DNA from: Cyanophora paradoxa CCMP329
Taxonomy: Eukaryota > Plantae > Glaucophyta
Reading direction: 5' to 3'
Length of the DNA: 42,135 bases
NCBI GenBank assembly: GCA_004431415.1
Contig: QPMI01000365.1
Span: forward strand, 1 to 42,135
The notes beneath the pieces were generated by a model. That model saw only the letters and a list, made by a program, of their open reading frames with translations, did not search any database and was not told where the DNA came from. The position numbers and the translations under genes were made by a program. Each line of letters begins with the position of its first letter. Within the stretch, counting starts at the first letter, position 1. Below, piece after piece: positions 34,427 through 42,135 of this stretch.

Positions 34427-35832
34427 TCAGGCGGCCTGGGCGGGGACGAGGCCGGGGGCCGGGGAGGCGGCGGCGGCGTGGGAGAAGGGAGGGCGGGCGG
34501 GGGCGCCGGGGCCGCCTCGGGCTCGAGGGGCGTCTCGGGCCCCGGCAGGAGCGCCGGCTCGGCCCGCACCGCCGGCCCCGCCCCCTCGCCCCACGCCGCC
34601 CGCCGCGACGGCGACTCCGGCAGCGCCGCCGCCGCCCGGGGCCTCGGGGGCCGCGGGGCCTCGGGGCTGGGGCGGGTGAGGCGGGCGGGCGGGCGGGGGC
34701 GGGGGCGGGGCGCACGGAGGCCGAGGAGGGGCGGGTGGCGGGGTCGGCGGCGAGGTGCGCGCGCACGTCGAAGGCGCAGAGCGGGCACGAGGCCTGCCGC
34801 CCCGCCTCAGCGGCCGGGCCGGAGGGGCGGGGCGGGGGCGGGGGCGGGCCTTGGAGGCGAGCCAGGGGTCGATGCAGGGGGCGTGGAAGGCGTGGCGGCA
34901 CGGGAGGCGCCGCAGCAGCTCCCCCGCCTCGTAGTCCGACAGGCACAGCGCGCACGCCGCCGCGTCCGTCGACGCCCCGGGCCGCCCCGGGGGCCCCCGC
35001 CCCCGCGGGGTGCCCGGCAGCGAGCCCTCGCCCGCCGGCGGCGAGGCGGCGGCGGCGCGGGGCGACGGGCGAAGGGCGCCGCCGGCAGCGCCGCGATCGC
35101 CTCCGCGGGGAGGCCCGCCTGCGCGGCCGGCGTCAGCCAGGCCGCCCGCCGGCGCGGCCGGCGTCTAGATTAGGTCCTCCCCAGCGGAGGGCGCTCTGGC
35201 GGCTGGGTCGGCCGGCGGGGCCCCGACCGGCGCGGGGCCGCAAGGGCCGGGAACTAGACGATCTACGGCCAGCTCGTGTGTTCTAAGCACGGCCGGAGGG
35301 GCCTCGCCGGCGCGGATCGAAGCAGGGGTCTCGGCGGGAGATCGACCGCTGGAGTGTCGGGCGGGCGGCGGGGAGCACGCGCGGCTTGCGCGCGCACCTT
35401 CGGCCTCTTCAAGCGAAGTAGTTCAGCTTCCTCCGCGGCAACGCGAGCATGCTCCGCGAGCGCCACGCGCCGCCGCTCCCTGCGCGGCGCTCGGGCGGGA
35501 GCAGCGGACATTTTGGCGGGACGGCGGGCACCGGCGGATCCATCGGACAGCCAGAATGACGAAGACAACAAATGCGACACATGCCCCAACCTGCGCGGAG
35601 TGTCACCGTCCGGGCGGGCAGTCAAGCCCGGCGGCCGGCTGCCGGGCCAGCCGGCGGACAAATCGGCGCACAATCAGCACGATCTTGACCTGAGCATAAA
35701 CGGAAGCGATCGCGGCGGTCAGGCCGTTGCGCGTCGGCGAAGACGTAACTCGGCTGGTCGCACCTCAGGCGGGCCGATGTCACGTATTGCCGGCCGGGGA
35801 GTGTAGGGTGCATTAGGGTTGCTGCTGCTCAT
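34427..35832 (-). CDS. ATL-type transmembrane RING-H2 E3 ubiquitin ligase, copy 2 (tandem paralogue)
   Basis: Same exon structure, offset ~2.29 kb. N-terminus [43 protein letters not shown]; same RING-H2. Confidence 0.85.
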
Positions 35833-36592
35833 CGCATCTGCTCTGCTTCAGAAGTCTGGATCGATGTCTGACCGCGCTGCAGCCTGCAGGCTGCAGGTAG
35901 CACGGCTTCGGAGCTGAGGGTGGGGGGTAGTGCGCAATTGACTTGAACACGCGGGTCGCGGTCGTCGACTGCAGTGACAGACTGACAGTGCAGTCTGCAC
36001 TGCGGACCAGTCTGCGGTCCGGATCCTGTGTGCCACGGTGCGCGCATGCGGAGTCGTCGACTCGTCGCATTGCGCCGATGATTGCGGTCCAATTTGCGGA
36101 CCACCGAACTTGCCAGGCTTGCAAAGTTCGTTCGGTCGCCGCGCGATTCGAGCTCCGAATACGAAGCTTAAGATAAGCTCTGATCGGATAAGCGCGCTCC
36201 GAGGCTCGCTAAAGGTTGACGGCCGTGCACGTGATCTGCAGGTGGATTTGGACCTTCGGCCTTCACTCAAGCTTGAACAAAGCCGAGATAAGCATTTCGC
36301 ATTCGAGAAATCTCGTACGTAAAATCGAAACCATCATGCTCCAGATCTAGAAGATCTAGACGAAAACTACTAGGCTAGCAGAAATCTGTACAGCGCTGCA
36401 GATCGATCTGAAACTTGCAATTGAGACTGTAAGCTGAGCAGAATCAAAACGTGAAAGCGCTCTCGACGTTCTGGGAAAAAGCACGCGCATCGTCTAAAAA
36501 CGGAGGCCCGCGCATGCGAGCAGGCGACTCGAGACGGAGGCCGGCGGAGCAGGGGCGGGCGGGGCGGGGCCCTGCCGCCCTGGGCGTCGGGG

Positions 36593-38895
36593 TCAGCGGG
36601 TGGTGGCGAAGCCGGAGGGGGCGGCCGGCGCCCCGTGCCGGCGCGGGGAGCGGCCCGGGCCCGGCAGCGGCCCGCCGGCGGCCGCGGGGCGGCGAGGTCG
36701 AGGGCCGCGGGGGCAGCAGCCCCGCCGCCTGCAGCTGCAGCGCCGGCAGCGCCGGCCGCAGCTGCGGCGACCAGAAGGGCGCCGGGGCGCCGCCGCTGGG
36801 CCCGAGCCGCGGGAGGCGAGGAGCGGGGCGAGCGGGGCGCGCAGGGCGGCAGGGAGGGCAGCGGGGCGGCCCGAGGCGGGCCCCGCGGGGCGCGGGAGGC
36901 CCAGGCGGCGGCCGGGGGCGGGCCGGGGCGCGCCCCTCGCCGCCCCCCGCCCGAAGCGCACGCGGCGCTGCGGGCGGGCGCGGGCCCGTGAGGCCGGCGG
37001 GGCGGGCCGGCGGGGGCGGGGCGGGGGCGGGGCGGGGCGCACGGGGCGGCGCCGTCGAGGGCGACGAAGTAGCGCCCGGCGGGGCGGGGGCCTCCCCGGG
37101 GCGGTGGGGCCCGGGCCCCGGCGGCGACCGCTCTCTCTCCTCCGCCTCCAGCCGCCTCCTGCGGCCCGCGGCCCCGCCCCCGCTCGCCCCGGTCCCGCGC
37201 CGGAGGGGCCCCGCGGGGGCGGGCGCACGAGCGGGAGCGGTGGAGGCGGGCGACGGCGCGCGCCCGCCGCGCCACCGCCGTCCGCGCCGGCGGCGGCGCC
37301 AGCCCGCGAGGCCCCCGGCCCCTGCCGCCCGCCGCCCCGCCCCGCGCCTCAGGCCGGTGGGGAGGCGGGGCGGAGACGGGGCGGACCGAGCGGGGCGGGT
37401 GGCGGCTCGAAGGGCTCCTCGCCTTCGCTCGTCGACCAGCCGCCCTCGCTCCCTTCCCCGCGCCCCGCCGCCGCCGCAGCGGCCGGCTCCGGCTCCGCCC
37501 GGGCCGGCTCCGGCTCCGCCCGCTCCGGCGGCGGGCCGAGCGCGAGGGGCGGCGGCCGCGCGGGCGGGCGGGGCCGGCGGCTCGGAGCCGGGAGGGCCCG
37601 GGCGGCAGCTCGAGGGGCGGGGGAAGGCGGGCGGCCCCTCCCGAGCGGCGACTCGCAGGGCGCCGAGGGCGGCGGCGCCGGGCCGGGCCGGGGCCCGGGG
37701 CGGGGGCGGGGCGGGGCGGGGGGTGGAGCGGTAGGGCCGGGGCGGGGCCGGGGCGGCGGAGGGGCGGCGGGGCGGGGCGGGCGGGGCCCATCGAACGTGA
37801 TGCTCACCACCGAGCTCCGCCTCTGCGCCCCGCGCCGGCGTCGGAGGGGCGCGGCCGGGCGCGAGGGCGGGGCGGGCGCCGGCACCAGCGGGCGGCGACG
37901 GAGGCGAGCTTGGGGGCCGGCGGCTGCGGCGGCGGCGGCTGCGGCGGCGGCGTCGCGGGCGCCGAGCGGGCCCCGGGCGACGGGGCCGCTCGGCTGCGCG
38001 GGTGCGGGGGTCGGGCGGGCCGGCGGGGGCGGCCCGCGGGGCGGGGCGGGCGGACGGGCGCGGAGGGCGCGCTCGACGGCGTCGGCGGTGCGCTCCAGCG
38101 CCGCGCTCGCCTCCTGCGGCGGCGTCAGAGGGGCGCGGCGGGGCGGGGCGGGGCGGGGCGCGGGTGCGGGCGCGCGGCGGCCGAGGCGACGAGGGAGTGG
38201 GCGAGGAGGACGAGGGCCTCCGGCGCCGCCCCGGCCGCCCCCTCCGGCCCCGCCCCGCCCCCTCCGCCCCCTCCCCCTTCTCACCGACCGCCTGCGGGGG
38301 CCCCGTCGGGCCGCTGCGGCGGGCGGGGCGCCCCAGCGCCGCCGCGGCGCACGGGGCGGGCACCTCGGGGCGGGCCGGAGGCGGACGGAGGGGCCGGAGG
38401 CGCGGCGGAGGGAGGGCCGGCGGGGACGGCCGCCTCGCCCTCGGCCCCCGCCGGCCCGGGCCCGGGGCCCCTCAGGCGGAACGCCTCCAGGTCCCACTGC
38501 CGCTGCGCCCGCCGCCGCACCTTCCGCCTCCCGAACCCGCGCCGCCCGTCCCCGCGGTCCCCGCCGCTGCTCGCAGCCGACGCCTCGCTCACCGCGGACG
38601 CCCGCCGGCTCTCCGACTGCGGCTGCGGCGCGCGTCAGGCGAGCGCGCGGCCGACGGCGGGCGTCGCGGGCCTCAGTCTTGGCCTTGACGATGTCGTCGT
38701 AGCCGTTGAGCGTCTGCAGCAGGTCGTCCGCCAGTGCGAAGTACGACGCCTGCGCATGCGCTGAGCTCAACCCCTGCAAGGAACGAATCATACGTCACTG
38801 ACCTTTCGAGGCTGCCCCGCCCTCTCCGGCGGGTCCTTTGTTCGTCTCCCGCCATCCTTCAACGCCGCCTGCGACGCTAGAAGGCTGCGAAGCAT
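36593..38895 (-). CDS. Hypothetical Pro/Ala/Arg-rich multi-exon protein
   Basis: MLRSLLASQAALKDGG..QPRK|ASYFALADDLLQTLNGYDDIVKAKTE|..RRAQRQWDLEAFRL.., with later exons EASAALERTADAVERAL, RRSSVVSITFD and PFWSPQLRPALPALQL, separated by typical short introns. The end is uncertain. Confidence 0.5.
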
Positions 38896-39137
38896 GTCGC
38901 GGGTCGGCGATTTTTGACGGCCCGATCGGCCACTGCAGGCCGTCACCCGCCGGCTAAACGCTTCATCCGCAGCTAGCAGCCAGAGCTACGTCGTCTACGT
39001 GGCCCGCCGAGGCCGCTGGCTCGATTGTGCACAGTGAAGGCGGCGACGAGGAGGCGAACGAAGGAAATCTGGCACCCCTGCGAGAAGGTTCGGCCTGGTT
39101 CGCGGCAGCGTTCCGCGCCGCCGACGCGCCGTCGCAG

Positions 39138-42069
39138 ATGAGGCGCGCGGCTGTCGTCGCGGCGCTTGCGTTCGCGCTCCTGGCGGTGGTACACGGCGCT
39201 GTCCACTTCTCTGATGAGTTCGCCACGACCGATGCGGTACGCGGCCCGGCATCCCTGCGCCCATCATCGCGAAACGATTCCGTCCGCAGTGGCACCTGCA
39301 CTCCTCGCATTCGAAGTACAATGGGTTCGTTGTGACGTCAGCAATGCGCTGCGCGGCTAGGCCGCGGCCCGGACGAGCTTCCGACCCGTTTGATACACTC
39401 TAGGAAGATGAATAAAGCGCTCGGCAGCGGTCGCGCGCGTACCGCCGCCGGCTGATGTGTGGCTGGCCGCGCCGACTTCCCGGGCCCGGCGTCGGCGCCC
39501 GCTCCTTTTCTGACACGCGTGGCAGCGAGTGGGAGCACTCGGCGGGCGAGACGTACCTCGTGGACAAGGACGACAAGGGTTCCTCGCTCCCGGCCGCCTC
39601 CCGCGGGCCGGGATTTGATCCGGCGGCAGGCCTGATGGTCGGCTCGGTCGCCCGGCACCACGGCGCCTCGACACAGTTCAAGACGCCATTCGTCGCGAAG
39701 GACCACAAAGTCCGCCGCCAGCCGCCCGACGCCCGCCGCCGCGGCCGGCGGCCGGTGACGCCGGGGCGCAGGCGCTGGTGGTGCAGTACGAGGTGCAGCT
39801 GACGAAGGGCCTGGAGTGCGGCGGCGCGTACGTCAAGCTCCTCGACGCCGCCGCCGGCTGGTCCCCTGCCGAGTTCACCGGCCCGCCCCGCCCCGCCCCG
39901 CCCCGCCCCGCCGCCCCGCCCGGCCCCTCATCCGCGCCCGCGCCCTCGCCGCAGACGCGACGCCGTACATCATCATGTTCGGGTGCGCGCGGGCCCGGCC
40001 CTCCCCGGCCCGACCGCGCGCGCGAGGGGCCGACGGGGCCCCGCCTCGCCGGCGCAGGCCCGACAAGTGCGGCACGACGAACAAGGTCCGCGCGGCCGGC
40101 CCCGCCGCGCTCCCGGCCCCGCCGACCCCGGCCTTCCGCAGGTCCACTTCATCTTCCGCCACCAGAACCCCCTCAACGGCTCCTGGGAGGAGAAGCACCT
40201 GAAGAACCCGGTACCCCGCCCCCCCGCCCCCCGCACCTGGCCGGCCCGGGCCGACGCGGGCGGGCAGCCGGCGATCCGGACGGACAAGCTCTCGCACCTG
40301 TACACCCTGGTCGTCAACCACGACCAGGCGCGCGCGTACCCCCCTGGCGGGGCGGGGCGGGGTGACGGGGCGGGCAGAGCTTCGAGGTCTTCATCGACCA
40401 GGAGAGCGTGCGCAAGGGCAGCCTTCTCGAGGACTTCGACCCCCCCGGTGCGCCCCCGCCCCGCCCCGCCCCGCCCCGCCCCTCCCCGCTGAGCGAGGGC
40501 GGGGGCAGTGAACCCGCCGGCGACGATTCCGGACCCGACGGACAGCAAGCCCGAGGACTGGGTCGACGAGGCCGAGGCCCGCCCCCGCCCCGCCCGCCTC
40601 GCCTCGCCGGCCCCTGACGCGTGCGGCGGGCCCCTCAGATCCCCGACGCGACCGCCACCAAGCCCGACGTGCGCCCGCGCCGCCCCCGCGCCCGCCCGCC
40701 CCCGCCGAGGCGCGGGGGGCGCAGGACTGGGACGAGGAGGCCCCGCAGTACATCGAGGACGAGGCCCGCCCCCGCCCCGCCCCGCCCGCCCCGCCCCGCC
40801 GGGCCGGGCGGCCCCCTGACGGGGCGCAGGAGGCGGAGCGGCCGGCGGGGTGGCTGGAGGGGAGCCCGAGCTCGTGCCGGACCCCGAGGCCGCCAAGCCC
40901 GACGACTGGTCCGACGACGAGGACGGCGCCTGGCCCGCCCCGCCCCCGCCCCGCCCCGCTCGGGCCGGGCCGGGCCGGGCTGACGGCGGGGGCGCAGGAG
41001 GCGCCGATGGTGCCGAACCCGAAGTGCGCGGAGGTCGGCTGCGGCGAGTGGAAGCGCCCCACCAAGCGCAACCCCAGGCGCGCCCCGCCCCGCCCCGCCC
41101 GCCCCGCCCGGCTGGGCGCTGAGGGGGCGGGGCGGGGCAGGTACAAGGGCAAGTGGCGGGCGCCGATGGTGCCGAACCCGGCGTACAAGGGCCCCTGGGC
41201 GCCCCGGCAGATCCCCAACCCGGACCACTACGAGGACGCGGCGCCGAGCCACTTCCCGGCGATGGACGGGCTGGGGCTGGAGCTGTGGACGATGACGGCG
41301 GGGGTCAAGTTCGACAACTTCCTCCTCGCCGACGACCCCGCCGACGCCCGCGAGCACGCCCGCAAGGCCCGCCCGCCCCCGCCCGGCCCGCGAGGCGCGC
41401 GCTCCTGAGGCGGCGGGGCGGGGGGCGCAGGTCTTCACGGCGAAGGCGAAGCGGCAGGAGAAGCTCAAGGAGAAGGAGGACGACGCGGAGCTCGAGAAGG
41501 AGCGGGAGCGGCGGCAGAAGGACAAGCCCGACCCCGCCGCCAACACCTGGCAGGCCAAGCTCCAGGCCCGCCCCGCCCCGCCCGCCGGCCGCGCGGCGCG
41601 GCGCCTCACGCGGGGCCGGGGCGCAGCGGTGGGTGCGGGCGGCGCGGCGGGCGGCGGAGGAGCGGCCGCTGGCGGTGGCGGGCACTCTCCTCGTCGGCGG
41701 TGCGGGGCGCGGGGCGGGGGCGCGGGGCGCGGGCGGGGCTGACGGGAACGCAGGCCTCGCGCTGCTCGCCTTCGCCTTCACCGGTTCCTCCGTACGCCCG
41801 CCCCGCCCCGCCCCGCCCGCCCCGCCTCACGCGCCCTGCAGAAGAAGCCGGCGCCGGCCGCCACCGCGGCGGCGGGGGCTGCGGAGGGGGAGGCGGCGGG
41901 GGCCGGGGCCGGCGCGGCGGGGGCGGAGGGGGAGGCGAAGGAGGGGGACAAGTCGGCGACGGAGGGGGAGGCGACGGGTGCCGAGGAGGAGGAGCGGGCG
42001 GCGCGGGCCGAGGAGCCGGCCCCCGCCAAGGGGCCCCGCACCCGCCGCGGCGCCAAGCGCGCCGAGTAG
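39138..42069 (+). CDS. CNX: Calnexin (ER lectin chaperone), 20 exons
   Basis: Signal peptide [20 protein letters not shown]; [18 protein letters not shown]; YIIMFGPDKCG; [10 protein letters not shown]; HLYTLV; P-domain KPEDWVD/KPDDW repeats; NPAYKGPW; GLELWTM; a TM segment; and an acidic tail ending RRGAKRAE*. Confidence 0.96.
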
Positions 42070-42135
42070 CGCCCCGCGCCCGACGACAGCGAGTTGGACG
42101 CCACGTGCACGCCCAGTACGACGGTCACGTGCTTC

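Overview
This is GC-rich, intron-dense eukaryotic nuclear DNA. Phe-leading plastid transit peptides, flagellar PGP-repeat genes and short GC-rich introns suggest a glaucophyte such as Cyanophora (inference). Almost all long ORFs in the supplied track are GC-shadow ORFs, so genes were rebuilt by manual splicing. The left block holds an LRR-BTB/BACK protein, a C2 protein, a plastid RBL11-like rhomboid, a hypothetical protein, a ~99-aa SHIPPO/PGP-repeat protein, an NT-C2+Dilute protein, and a large protein built from tandem 443-bp exon+intron cassettes carrying an atypical EF-hand. The centre (~18.6-29 kb) is a nested DNA-transposon cluster. It contains an internally deleted IS3EU-like element (6-bp TSD, two convergent ORFs), TA-flanked MITEs, an inverted pair of hAT-like elements and a TTAA mini-element. 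It also contains a duplicated NT-C2 gene fragment and decayed duplicated DNA full of palindromic micro-insertions. The right block holds a plastid RlmN, two tandem ATL-type RING-H2 ligases, a hypothetical protein and calnexin. Roughly 40-50% of the donors reconstructed in calnexin and RlmN are GC rather than GT. Homopolymer indels (probable sequencing errors) make some exon boundaries approximate.
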